From the NCBI GenBank assembly GCA_008632985.1, contig QPGO01000002.1, forward strand, positions 434,001-498,000: DNA of 64,000 nucleotides. Direction: 5' to 3'. The DNA is from Psammoneis japonica. Lineage: Eukaryota. Position 1 is the first letter of the stretch. Each line of letters opens with the position of its first letter. The position numbers and the translations under genes are program-made. The notes under the pieces were generated by a model. The model made no database searches. It was not told the origin of the DNA and saw only the letters and a list, made by a program, of their open reading frames with translations. Of the stretch, positions 32,611-44,220 are shown one piece after another.

Positions 32611-33551
32611 GGTGGACAAAGGTGGTGTCAGGACAATCAATTCTGGTTGGGAAGCGAGGGCAGACTCGAAACTTGGGTGAGAACAGACTTGACTTGAAAT
32701 GGACTTGACTTGAAATCTTGAACTGTCTTAAAATCAGAAGTCGCCGGGCTTTGTTGTCCCGTTCGTTGTCAAGTGCTAAACTTCCCATCCGGTCCGCAGA
32801 GTTGTGCCGGCACGTCCGAACCCGCAGCCAGCGGCGCTTTGGGTTGCTTGCGAGCGGAGCAGCGGGTTGTAAACCCCTGCAGGTAAGCTGACCAGAGGTG
32901 GACAAGACCCCCGAACCGTTCTCATTTTATGTCGGTTGGATTTCCCGATCAGGCTGGCCAGTTGACGCAGGCGTCAGGCGCTGTGGACGAACGAACAAAC
33001 GCGGGAAAGCACCCTCGCCCCAACGCAGGCTGCAATCACGGCTGCCTGCTCTCACAGTCGTCCTCGTGGACCTAGCAGAACTGTAGAGCACCAGCAGTCC
33101 GGGGTAGATCAGGTGCAATGGACCCGGTGTGCTTGTAGAGTGGTGGCAAAACCGCAGTCCGAAGAGTGGATAAAGGTTCTTGGCCGTGAAGATATGTATA
33201 TATATATACATGTCTTCAGCGACTAAGATCCTTGAATATGTAGGGTTCTTGACCGTTAACCGAGGAACAGGTATATCAAGGGATGTTGATCAAGGATAGA
33301 CTTGGATATGACCGTTGAATATAAGTCTTCAGCGATCAAAGGTAGTATAATCAATCCAGATATCCAGCGGTAAGGAGACTTGACGGTGACGTTAACTTCC
33401 TGCCGATGCCCTGGTATTGAATGCGCGTAGACTTGCCGATGTATGTAGAATATATACGGAGGTCCACGTAGAATTGAAATAGCGTCGTTGGTAAATCAAC
33501 GACGACGATGGCGGTTGCTCAATGGGTTGACAATGAGCAAGACTGTTAATC

Positions 33552-33827
33552 TGACAGAAATTGAAGGCAAATGGCAAGAATTCAAACAATAACTCCTTAC
33601 TGCTGTCTAAATAGCAGATGAGTCTCCGCTCAGAGACCGTTGCAGGAGCCGAAGGACGTGTAAGTCGGTATAATCGGGCTACTGTTATCATTCTTGTGAG
33701 CCTTGTGGCTCGAAAGCAAACTACATCGCGCGTGAACGCGCGGAACTAAAGCACACAAAACTGTGCACGGTAAACTAAACAGCGCGCGATGCTTCGCGCG
33801 CACCTAAATCCTGTTCAAATCCTGTCA
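33552..33827 (-). repeat. 5' LTR (TA-intact copy)
   Basis: TG...CA termini; lies upstream of gag on the minus strand; retains 14 TA dinucleotides. Confidence 0.95.
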
Positions 33828-35012
33828 TCGCAGGATGAGCTGTCAAAGGTGCGAGCACTGACAGCCAGCCCAGAGAGAAGTGGCTTGCCTGTGCACACTT
33901 TGCTGGTGCCTGCTGGAGTTGAGTTGTGGGGGATCAACAGCTGCTTGCAGCCACATCTCACATGCTTCACAATGACGTCTTTGGACATTTCTTTTGGAGC
34001 CGCGCAACATGCTGGTTCGGTCGATGCAGCGCCGCAGGGCATGGGGTCAATGAAGGAAAATGGATTCAATGTTGTCCATGTTGAGCTCATCTTCCAACAC
34101 CCTCTTTGCACTTTCAAATTCTCTGATTCCCAGTGTGCGTCACTCTGCAGTGTCCGAAATGCAACTCGGCATTCATCTGGTGCATGGGAAGCACAGCGTC
34201 AGACAACATTTGACCCAGTTTCACGCCATTTCTCCACTCTTGACATTTGGCACAAGAAATCTTGCTTCCAAAATGCCAATGACAGTTGGCCACAACAGGA
34301 AAGACTCGTGTCATTCGGGGGGGCTGCAGACGAAGCCCGAGCGTCTTTTTGCTTTTCAGCACGCAGTGAGGTGCGACCACACCGGTGCCTGCGAGACTGG
34401 CGGCAACCATGTGATGCCATCGAACCTGGGATAAAATGGAGGAACACGCCATTGTGATCACTGGTTTTTGTTGAGTGTCATTCTGCATGTGAGGGGAAGA
34501 GACAATCGCTTCCATTTGCTTCATCAACTCAATGTGACGGGGCAGGGAAGCAGGCATCAGTGGTCAGTGGATTGAATGACGTGTTGCAAAGTCGTGTTTG
34601 CCACATTAAACTGCCTCTCCAGCCAGCTAGAGCAGAGAGTCTACAAGGATGGAAACAGAATGAATCATTGATTGTGAAGCGTGTGCGCCACAGGTCGGCC
34701 GAAAGGATGGTGGATGCTGCTCATGACTGCATTGATTTTTGATCACCCTGCCGTCTGACCATTTGCTTGCATGATGGCAGCTGAGCCCTTTTCTGAGCTT
34801 CACAATTTTCCTGCTTGTTGTGCTTTGGCGATCTTGTCCAACAACCCGCACGGCCACAAGATTTCCCACGATGGCAAAAATGCCAATCTTTTAGACTAAC
34901 GCAACACGTCCAATCCCAACAATGTTCAAAGACCAACACCAAGCTTGCCATTTCTATTTTTAAACATGCACGCTAGTCTACTTTGAATCTTTGACCCGAG
35001 TGTCTTTCATCT

Positions 35013-35354
35013 TCAATTGATCATCGTGTCTTTCTGCCTGCTTCTTCGTGGTTTGATTCGATGTCTTTGCCATTCTTCCACATGGCTCTTTTCCTTTTTG
35101 TTTACATTGGCCCAAGGGGGGGAGTACGTATTTGTGTCCTTGTCATCCGGCACTGGCAACACCTTTTTCCTCTTCCAAAAGGGCAATCGTCGTTTCTTTG
35201 GCGGATCAACATCGGGTGCCACAATGTCAGGCTCATCGGGCGGCGGCAACGGAGGCGCAGATTTTGGTGGAGGAGGACGTTCTGCTTGGACGTTGCTAAT
35301 GACAAGAAGAAGTAGAAACGCAACCACCCAGACGACGTATGATCGTGACAACAT
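35013..35354 (-). CDS. Small secreted Pro-rich protein, short paralog of 37051-37821
   Basis: Signal peptide; shares QAERPPPPK.APPLPP, PFWKRKKV and YSPPWANVNKKEK with the paralog. Confidence 0.7.
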   Translation of the reverse strand: MLSRSYVVWVVAFLLLLVISNVQAERPPPPKSAPPLPPPDEPDIVAPDVDPPKKRRLPFWKRKKVLPVPDDKDTNTYSPPWANVNKKEKSHVEEWQRHRIKPRRSRQKDTMIN

Positions 35355-37050
35355 GGCCTGTGATATGACTTTGGACTGCTTCGGTAGTACTATGGGTTTG
35401 TCGATTGAGGTTTGATCGACGACATTGTGTGTCGTCAGTGATGCTTCAGCAAGTTGAATATTTCACCTTGAAGGGCAAGGATACGCGCGTGCGGTTGGAT
35501 CTCGGGCGTAGGGAAGCCATTTCGGATTGTAAGTCTGAGCTCGTCCAGTAGCCCTACATCTTCTGTTCCTCGTGCGTCTAGCAATTTTCCACTGTTGTAC
35601 AAGTGTTGTATGTACGGTACCGTACCGGTAGACTCTCTCACTCTCTACTCTAGAGAGAGAGATGGAGTCTAGTTCTACAAATAATCTGTACTGTACCACA
35701 AGAGTTTGTCCAACGTTCTCAGTTCTCAGTTCCCCTAAACACAAACGGAAATGCTCATAGGTCTCACTCTAGCTCTACGGTAGAGAGGGTCCTACTTAAA
35801 ACTCTAGCTAGAGAGTAGAGATCACCAGCAGAGTACAGATCGCTTCAGCACAAAAAACAAGAAACATTTTGAACGAAAACATCATTAAAAAAATCAAAGA
35901 TGCCCTCCAAGTCGGGCGAGCCTGACCGACGATGTCGCAACCTTAGCTCCGCCCCGACGGCGGTAATTTTTGTTGTCTTCATTTATTGCACAATGCCGGC
36001 AGCGGAAGGCCCTCATTGTCTGCACCAGCTTTATCTTTATCATGGTGTTGCGATGGTGTTAAAAAAATCTATGCTCAAACGAGGTCAAATGGAGCCACCG
36101 TACCGGTACATGTCTGATGTCTGCGCTAGAGTCTATCCGAGACGAGCAAGCACAATTCGCACTTTTTGATTCGCCAAGTTGACAATGACGTAACCATTAG
36201 CTAGCTCGAAAAGAAGAGCCACGGGTTTGGAAGATGTTGTGCTGCGGCTCGCAATGAGATGACTTACGGCCAAGGCTATTGGAACCGCAATTAGTAGCTG
36301 CAAAGGACGGAATAGTATGTTATCGTCCGGAGACCTTTGGAAGCAGATTTGTCAGTAGATTTGTCTCAATACTTATCCAACAAGTACTGTGCGGTTGAAA
36401 ATTGTATCGCCATCAATAGCGCAGTATTTATCCGAGACATAAAGCCAGGGGGGCCTCCATGCACAGCCACCCTCCCGATTGACAGCATCTTTGCCGTCGT
36501 CGGGCTTTTCACTGTTAAGAAATCGCCAGAGAATAAAACGAGCAGCAAACATCGACGAGTCGACATTGCTTCATGAACCTGTGATAAGCTTCAAACCATG
36601 TGTTTATGAAAATACCAAACACAGGTGTTGTTGTTGTTCCAGTCACAAATTCATACGAAACCAAACCGTATCCTTCTTCACATGAATTCAAAGAATTCAG
36701 TCAGTGAAACTCGGTGACGATATCTTGGGCGTCGCCCTTCCTTCATCGGTAGGAGTCCGTTCTTGTGTAGAAATCCGTTGGATGTCTTGTCCGGGAGAGC
36801 ATCATATCTGCGGCTTAAATTGACTCTGTTTCGCCGCGACGACATGAGATCGGTCTAAAGTCTACGCAAAGGCCGCCTTGTCGAACACAAAAATCACGTG
36901 GTCGCCAAGGAAGACTTTCGATTCCCTTTTTTAACCACAGAAAGTAGTCATCTTGGGAACGAAACTTTTCTATTGTAGACTACTGGTACTTTGGACTTGT
37001 CTCCAGCTAAACGGTCCCTTGTCGTTGAGCACTGCTCCTTCGTTTGATTC

Positions 37051-37821
37051 CTATTCCCATTCTTCCACGTAGTTCTTTTCCTTCTTGTTCACATTTGCCC
37101 AGGGAGGAGAATATGCCTTTGTGTCCATATCATCGGGTTCAGGGGCCACCTTTTTCCTTTTCCAAAAGGGTTTTCGTCGTTTCGGTGGCGGTTCCTCGTC
37201 AGGCACCACAATGTCTGGTTCTGAATTTCGGCTCGTCATTATGGAACTAGAAGAGCTTTCTTGTCTTACAGTCTCCTCTTTGATATTCGTTTTGACGTTC
37301 TGCCGATCCATCGTCACCCGTTTCAACTCAGCCCACCGTCGGCTCGCTTCTTGCTTTTCAACATTCGGTTCTGTTTTTCCTTTTCGGTATTCCCACCAGC
37401 TCTCCTGCTTTTGTTCCAACGTAGGCCGCTGAGTTGATGCTGGCTCTGGAACTCGTAATGGCACTGGTTCTGGTACTACCTGTGCTTGTTTGCGTCCCAA
37501 AAGTGCTAGTAGGAGTCGCAACAGCTCTTCACGAAGCAACATGGCTAAAGCACCCACAATCGCACCAACAAGCGTCGTCGTAAGAGCTTCCTTCAGAGGC
37601 TTCGTATTGCTGCGTCCAAGAAAGAACGCAGCACCAATACACCCACCGGTTAATCCACCTGATACTACCAGAGCATCAATCTGCTTTGCTTGCGCTTCTT
37701 GAACCTCATTGGGTGGCAAAGGCGGAGCAGCTTTTGGCGGAGGAGGACGTTCCGCTTGGCCATTGTTTAGCACAAGAAGTAGAAAGGCAATGACCCAAAC
37801 GACGAAAGATCTCGAAAGCAT
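37051..37821 (-). CDS. Secreted/membrane Pro-rich protein with two Gly-rich TM-like segments
   Basis: 256-aa ORF with signal peptide; paralogous to 35013-35354. Confidence 0.75.
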   Translation of the reverse strand: MLSRSFVVWVIAFLLLVLNNGQAERPPPPKAAPPLPPNEVQEAQAKQIDALVVSGGLTGGCIGAAFFLGRSNTKPLKEALTTTLVGAIVGALAMLLREELLRLLLALLGRKQAQVVPEPVPLRVPEPASTQRPTLEQKQESWWEYRKGKTEPNVEKQEASRRWAELKRVTMDRQNVKTNIKEETVRQESSSSSIMTSRNSEPDIVVPDEEPPPKRRKPFWKRKKVAPEPDDMDTKAYSPPWANVNKKEKNYVEEWE

Positions 37822-38214
37822 GGCTTATGGCGTGTCTTTTGATTGATTTAAAGGGACCTTTTGTGGTGTCCTCAGAATTTTCCCTCGCAGATGTGGCGCA
37901 GACTTCTCGGGATTGAAGATGCGTGCTTGGTATTGGTCCACGTGAGGATCCCGTAGGATTCTCCAATGGATATTCGACAAAAAAGCAATCTTTCCCAAAT
38001 TTTCATATATTTTTTATTTTTCCAGAATACTTCAAATTATGATGAAAAACAGTTGAAACATTGATGACTAACCTTATCCTCGCTCAAGGATACCGGTACA
38101 CCCTTCACTCTAACGACAACCTGAGTCTATCCTACAAGATCAACTCTATGGTACTAAAATAATTCTAGTGTACTCCTTCTACAGAATAGAGCGAGTTGAC
38201 GATCAGTGTTGTTT

Positions 38215-40776
38215 TCAAGTGCGGACCGCCGCGTCTTCGTCGGACCAATCGATTCCTTCCTTGACTTGATCCTCCTCCTTCAGCGCTCCGACATTTTTGA
38301 GATCAGATTCATTCACCTGCTTTGGGGGTTTAGTGCTCTTTAGCTTTTTATTCTTCTTCTTCTTCGTCGCAGCCTCCTCCTTGGCCTTGCGCTTTTGCTT
38401 GTCCTTCGTTTGAGAACTCTCTGGAGTTGGCTGCTTGGGTTGTCCAATCGCCGGCCCAACCGCACCACTTGCCTTGCTGTTCTTCGCCAAATTGGCTGTG
38501 TGACGGGCATACATATTTGGCTCATTTGTTGGCTTGAGGCATTCCAACACTTTCACGTCCTTGGGAGCCTCTTGTAGTTTTGCTCGACCCGCCACGGCAG
38601 AGGCGGAATGCTTCTTGCACAATTCAATACACCCCTTGGCATAGGCACGCCACCGAGAATTCTTGGTGTCTTTGGCAAACTTTTGCAATCGTTGACGAAT
38701 CCCAATCGCCAATTCGGGAAAGCCGGCTGAGTATCGATACAAATCAACTTCACGATTCAATAATTGAAATACTTCCGACACGACGGCTTCTTGCTGTTCC
38801 TTGGTGCGGAGCGGGTGGTCTTGACCAAATTTGAGCATTTGACCCAAATGAACGCCGCGGCTGCTACTTTTCTTGTCTTTTAATACCGGCATGCCAGACA
38901 ATTCCTTGAGACTCAATATCTCCAACAACATTCCACTCGTGGGAATAAACGATTTGGTGGCTGCCGCCAATTGCTGAAGCATTTGAATTCCGTGCAATTG
39001 AATGGGAACGTGACGAGTCGTTGGGACCAAGGACATCATGCCCTCAATGACTTCGACCAATGGATACACCAGGGATTTCATTAAAGGAGCCGCCTTTTCA
39101 TTCACTTCATCTTGGCTGTCATCTTGAGTAGACGCGTCCACGAGAACGGCGGTCCATAGTTTGAGACAATGAATGTACTGCCAACAATACACTTGCTGTT
39201 TGGCTTGTGGCGTTTGCTTTTGAATGGCGGTACGCAAATGCAAGGCCAACTGTCGAATGTACACAAAGGCGTGTTGGTACGACGAGTGATAATCCAATCC
39301 ATACAGCTCCACCAGACAATTGCCCATGAAGATGAGTGTGGGCAAAGTCGTGGTATTGGTGGTGTTGGTTGCAGACGACGTGACAAACTTGGCGCGTTGC
39401 GCATACGCCAGATAGGTCTTTTTGAGACACTCCTCGACAAAGGGAAAGGGCTGAACTAAGGCCATTTGACGTATACGTAAAAAGGCTTGTACACGAACCA
39501 CTTGATAGGCTTCCTCGTCGTCCTTGTGTGGACTCGACCACAAGCGTGTCAACGTCACCAAGAATTTCGAGCACAGCTTGGGAAAAGGCATTAGATATCG
39601 TACACTCGGAGCCAACTTTTTCAAAATAACAGCAAGCAACTCAGCGTCCTTGGCTTGGTGGTCCAAAATATGAATGGATGACTTGAAGAAGGTTTCCATT
39701 ATGGACTTGAGTTTTTGAAACTTGGCCTTGTTTTGAAAGAGCTTAGGTGACAATGGCTTGTTGTAATCAATCTCCTCCTTATCGTTGTCGTCTTGGGTTG
39801 TATCATCGTCCTTGTCTGAGTTGGTGGAGTCGCCTCTCATGGTCAAGTGATGATGAAACTCTTCATGGACGTGGTCTAGAGAGGAAACCATGACATTGTG
39901 AAAGACACTCGACGATTCAATTTCGTATTTCTTGTCTTTATCGTCTTGATCAGCCAAGTGACAGGCCGACTTGTACGCGCCAACAATTTTACGCAATCCC
40001 TTAATTCCGTGCTGTTCAAACGCTCCCTTTTGAAACGACTTGAAGAGTTGTGGAGTCAACACAGTCAAGCGCTTGTTGGCTTCGCCATCTGTCGTTTTCT
40101 TTAGTTTTGATTCCTCTTCTTCATTATCATCCATATCCTCAACTTCGTCATTATCCTCTCCTTCATCGTCGTCTCCCTCATCAAACTCCAACAAAGACGA
40201 TTCGTTTTCCTGCAGAAACTTGTGAAAATCAGGATCCGCTTGCGGCAGATCTTTCATCTGTTTTTTGAGCTTGAGCGATGCCTCCTTGACGTCGTCTTCA
40301 TCCTCGCTATCGCTACTATCTAAAGACGAATCAGAAGAATCAGAAGACTCGGACCCCTTTTTAGCTTTTCCTTGAACTTGCTTCTTCTCGATTTTCTCTT
40401 CAGGCTGCTGTTTTTCGCTACTAGAATCATCGTCGCTACTGGAATCGCCGTCGTCGTCGCTCCCCGAGCCGTCGTCACTGAGAGATTCTTCTTCTTCTTC
40501 TTCTTCTACACTCTTAAAGAAGGCATCCATATCCAAATCACCCAATGATTTTTCCGAAGTAAAGTTTAGTTCCTGACGCTTTTCTTCTTGTTCCTGCAGA
40601 TAGGAATCATCCTTTGTTCTTGCAACAGACGACGTAGTCTCGCTACTTTTGTGTTGCTTTGTCTTGTTGGGCAGCTTACCCTTTTTCGTTATAGTGGCAC
40701 CCTTTTTCTTGCCAAGCATACCCTTGACGCCGCCCTTGCGTTCAAATTTGCGGGAGCGCTTGGATTGTTTCGCCAT
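38215..40776 (-). CDS. NOC2: Nucleolar complex protein 2 homolog
   Basis: 853-aa ORF; acidic N-terminus; DPDFHKFLQE, AFLRIRQMA, YQHAFVYIRQLALHLR, VYCWQYIHCLKLW, LVYPLVEV, GFPEL. Confidence 0.93.
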   Translation of the reverse strand: MAKQSKRSRKFERKGGVKGMLGKKKGATITKKGKLPNKTKQHKSSETTSSVARTKDDSYLQEQEEKRQELNFTSEKSLGDLDMDAFFKSVEEEEEEESLSDDGSGSDDDGDSSSDDDSSSEKQQPEEKIEKKQVQGKAKKGSESSDSSDSSLDSSDSEDEDDVKEASLKLKKQMKDLPQADPDFHKFLQENESSLLEFDEGDDDEGEDNDEVEDMDDNEEEESKLKKTTDGEANKRLTVLTPQLFKSFQKGAFEQHGIKGLRKIVGAYKSACHLADQDDKDKKYEIESSSVFHNVMVSSLDHVHEEFHHHLTMRGDSTNSDKDDDTTQDDNDKEEIDYNKPLSPKLFQNKAKFQKLKSIMETFFKSSIHILDHQAKDAELLAVILKKLAPSVRYLMPFPKLCSKFLVTLTRLWSSPHKDDEEAYQVVRVQAFLRIRQMALVQPFPFVEECLKKTYLAYAQRAKFVTSSATNTTNTTTLPTLIFMGNCLVELYGLDYHSSYQHAFVYIRQLALHLRTAIQKQTPQAKQQVYCWQYIHCLKLWTAVLVDASTQDDSQDEVNEKAAPLMKSLVYPLVEVIEGMMSLVPTTRHVPIQLHGIQMLQQLAAATKSFIPTSGMLLEILSLKELSGMPVLKDKKSSSRGVHLGQMLKFGQDHPLRTKEQQEAVVSEVFQLLNREVDLYRYSAGFPELAIGIRQRLQKFAKDTKNSRWRAYAKGCIELCKKHSASAVAGRAKLQEAPKDVKVLECLKPTNEPNMYARHTANLAKNSKASGAVGPAIGQPKQPTPESSQTKDKQKRKAKEEAATKKKKNKKLKSTKPPKQVNESDLKNVGALKEEDQVKEGIDWSDEDAAVRT

Positions 40777-41646
40777 GGTTGTTTCTTTTGTTGTTATGTC
40801 CTTGTGGACTGTGGATGCAGAAAAAAAAATCGAATGGCTTGCAGAGGCGCGGACAAACGACAGACGAAAAGTTACATATATGATATTGGTGCCTTAATAG
40901 GTTCATTGTCTCAACGGAAAAAGACGTTATTTTTGAAATTTGCATGCCGTTGAAGTGCGACCGAGTCTCGCAACCACCCACAACAAACAACCATTCCAGA
41001 AAAAAAGGAAAGCGGTGAGGCGCTTTGGCCATGACGTCGTCCTTGAGCGGTGCGTAACTTTTCGACGACTTTACAATTTGTTTCCTTTTCAGAATTTGTT
41101 AAAACACAATTGAGCACAAGATCACAGAATGAGTCTCTCTGTGTGCGATTGACCATCATTCATGCCAACAAGTGGCATCGTGTGTCTCTACAACCCAACA
41201 CAACACGTGCTGCTCCATAAGTCACCATTCATCTTCTAGAAGAACAAAGCTCATTATCCCCTTGTTTTGTGCAAGAAATTGGAACTCTGTAGGAGAAGGG
41301 CCAGAAAGCCCTGTTATTGGCATGCTCGGTAACCGGAAAGTGGGACGAGTACATCTCCAATGAATCATAACAGAATCAGCCTTTTTGTTCCAATAAGAGG
41401 TGCGTACAAACTCTGAGTACATGGCCATAATCATAGCTCGCCACACTGTACAAGCAAACTCGATTGTGCCACACACCAGTGATGTAAAGAACGGCGCAAA
41501 ATGCAAAGCTAGGGATTTCTCCGGACGCATCGCTCAACACTAAAGATACCTAAATTCTGGAGTTATCTACCCAACATAATCGGCTAATATATCAACCAGT
41601 ATGTAATTCAGCCTCCTTCAAATAGACTCGAACGCACCCACGTTGT

Positions 41647-44056
41647 TCACTCGTTTTTCTTGCCGCGGCCGTATGGGAAGGCAATGTCAGTGAAACGCTT
41701 TTTCCCTTTCCCAGCGTTCTCAATCAGCTCGAGTTTTGTTCCATAGCTCAGGAAATTGGCGACGCCGGTAGATTTCTGGTTTTGATACCCGCCTGCTTCC
41801 ATTACATCTCGAATGCGATGTGCCTTGCCATCACGGAGCGTGTCAAACATGGCGCTGACCTTGTCTTCCGGGATGCCTCTTACCTTCTTGAGAGCAATGA
41901 GGAACAGATCCTGCATTTCCTTGTTGCTACGAGGAGGTTCCACACGTGAGCGGAAGCGTTTGCCCTGTTCCGTGAGGCACAGGTGTCCAGCTTTTCCGGT
42001 CTTAATCAAATCCAGCTTTCGAAGCTCTCGCTTTGCTTCGGCGTACCCGGAGGATTTCACGTTCCCGTAAGTCGTACGACCCAAAACGTACAGCTCCGGA
42101 GCCTCTACCCCAAGCACATCTAACTCAGCAATGGCATCAACAATGATCCTTTTGGTCCCCTCCAGCTTATTCGTACTACTGGAAACCGTCTCAGCTGGAA
42201 CGCTTTCCCGTTTGAACGCAGACGAAGCAGCATCAGGGTTCAAAACCACGCGTTTCTTCTTTGCAGGAGTACCCGAAGCGCTGATCTTTCGCTTCTTCTC
42301 GTCGCCCGTCAGATCGATAACACGACGACTGTCCATTATGGTGGCTGTCGTGTTAATGCCAGCTCCTGATGCTTCTCGACCATCACTGCTTGGTTCAGCG
42401 TCCGGGCTTGGAGCCTCCCGGATCGGGACGTCGTTGGTCAACACGGCGCTTGCCACACGCACTTGGACATGCTGCTCCGCTTCTTGGACGACTGCTGCCG
42501 ACACACTACTTGGTGCAACGTCCGGACTTGGGGCATTCCGAATTGAGACGGTATTCGTAGATGCGTCGCTTTGGTCAGCTGGAGCAGCGTCAGGTTGAAG
42601 CAGAGCATCGTTCCCGATGGAGCCAGCGGTAGCAGATGGAACGATTACATCGTCAGCAATGGTCACGGCCGACAGTTGTAGATCTTGTTGGGCACTGGCG
42701 GGCGTGCTGCCTGGAGCAGCGTCAGGTTGCGGCACATCGTTCCCATTGGCCACGGCAGTGGCTGGTGCAACCGTTGCAACCGCGGTACCGGTGAGTCCCG
42801 AAGGAATGCTTCTAGTAGGATGAACCGCTTCTCGACCATAAGGAAACACAATATCGTTGAGCTTCAAGAACTTCTTCTTGTTTTGGCGGTCCAGGATGGA
42901 CGTGGCTACCTTGAGGTCGTCCACCATAAATTTGACGAATTTACGAAAGCCTTGAGAATCCAGATTCGAGTACTTGCCCTTCTCGCCCACCTCTGCTTCC
43001 GAATGTACCTTGCCGTCACATAAGAGTTCAAACATGGCCTTCTTCTTGGCGTCCGACGGAAAGCCCTTCTTTTTCTTGGCGAATGCCGAGAGCCACCGCC
43101 CTTGCATCTGTTGATTGCTCAACGGTGGTGATACGTCAGGAATCGACTGGACTCCCAGCTCCGTGAGACGCATGACCTTGGCGCGCTTGATGACTAGGAG
43201 CCCGTCGTTCTGAAGTGCTACACGTGCCAAACGCACCCTCTGGCTCTCGCTGTTAATGTAGCCCGCCATGACCGAAACATACTCGATCAACGGTTCCGTC
43301 TTGCCAAGAGCATGTAGTTCGGCCATAGCCTTGAGCACTTGATCCTTGGCTCCGTCGATATGATCCTTGTCTGGAGGAGGAGACGATTTCTCAATCTTTT
43401 GGGGGGCAGGAGCTTTCTCAATTCGACTACTATCTGGAGCAGGTTTCCGGGAGATTGGAGAAGACGAAGCATCTTTCTTCTTTCTTTCTGGTGTAGACGG
43501 AGTCACGGCTACAGGAGCGGACATGGGACAAGTATGAGGGGTTGGAGATGAAACCACAGGAACAGGAGTATTTTTTCTGTTCTTGGGGGTGCCAGGAACA
43601 GGAGCCGGCTTCTTTCCGGAGGTTACTTGTTGAGGAAAAACTGGATCGGCAGTGGCCGTATCGGCAACAACAGTACTAAAGCTGGTGTTGGTGTCTGTAC
43701 TCTTTTGCTTTTGCGCCTCCGTGTAGAGCTGAAACAGAGGAGGATACCACCACGGAGATGCCGAGAATGTTGACAACAAGAAAACTGAACTCTTTTGTTT
43801 TCAATTCCAGAAGTTCCTCCATACGTAAGTCTGCTTCATTACAGACTTGAGTGAGGCACGACATCTTGTTGTCAATGACGATGAGACTATTTCTGATTTC
43901 GCAAAAGGATCGCCAGTTGGAAGCGTGCTGAAGCGGACCAGAGAGCGATCGAGACAACTCACGAAAGTCCTCCGCCGACGTGTCTTTAAAGTTCTCCGTA
44001 GAGAGGCCTTGCTCACCGAAAAAGTCCTCGAACGGCACGATTTTCAAAGAAGCCAT
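41647..44056 (-). CDS. Unknown protein with two copies of a ~150-aa winged-helix-like module; apparent frameshift near 43740
   Basis: ORF 41647-43779 repeats AEL..LG...LTE.G...PP.SN..MQ...MF..L.DGK.H...DI.FPYGR. The upstream ORF from MASLK (44056) overlaps in another frame. Fold assignment is inference. Confidence 0.7.
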
Positions 44057-44220
44057 AGTGGTGGTGATGCAAGTTTGTTGTTGACAAGGAGCAAACAACA
44101 ACGCACAGAGGTTTTGGGGAGAAGTTCTTCTGTTCAGTTGATTGCGACGCGAGACATATGAGAAAGATACGGTTGCGATCTCGGATGGAAGTTCGTGACG
44201 TCGACATGGAGAAATGTAAT

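Larger units (their letters stand above)
27850..33827 (-). mobile_element. Ty1/copia (CoDi-type) LTR retrotransposon, non-autonomous (RT deleted), 5-bp TSD TCGCA
   Basis: 276-bp LTRs TGACAG...CTGTCA at 27850-28125 and 33552-33827. TCGCA at 27845-27849 and 33828-33832. PPT-like TGGGGAG next to the 3' LTR. Gag-PR-IN-RNaseH order. Confidence 0.95.
27000..34950. other. TpA-depleted domain 2 containing the copia insertion, with a TA-intact island at ~33070-33827
   Basis: TA loss begins just upstream of the bestrophin start and ends near 34.95 kb. CpG is largely retained inside the copia element but depleted in the flanks. Confidence 0.88.

Noticed and set aside
33225..33827. Classical RIP (CA/TG->TA) acting on the right-hand copies
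   Set aside because: Those copies retain many CA/TG and have ordinary TA levels. The left copies and flanks are nearly TA-free, the left LTR also carries the CG->TG changes, and Tyr->Cys/His occurs at conserved sites. Disfavoured, though only an outgroup would be decisive.
35900..36700. Short ORFs between the two Pro-rich paralogs
   Set aside because: No recognisable domain or consistent exon structure.
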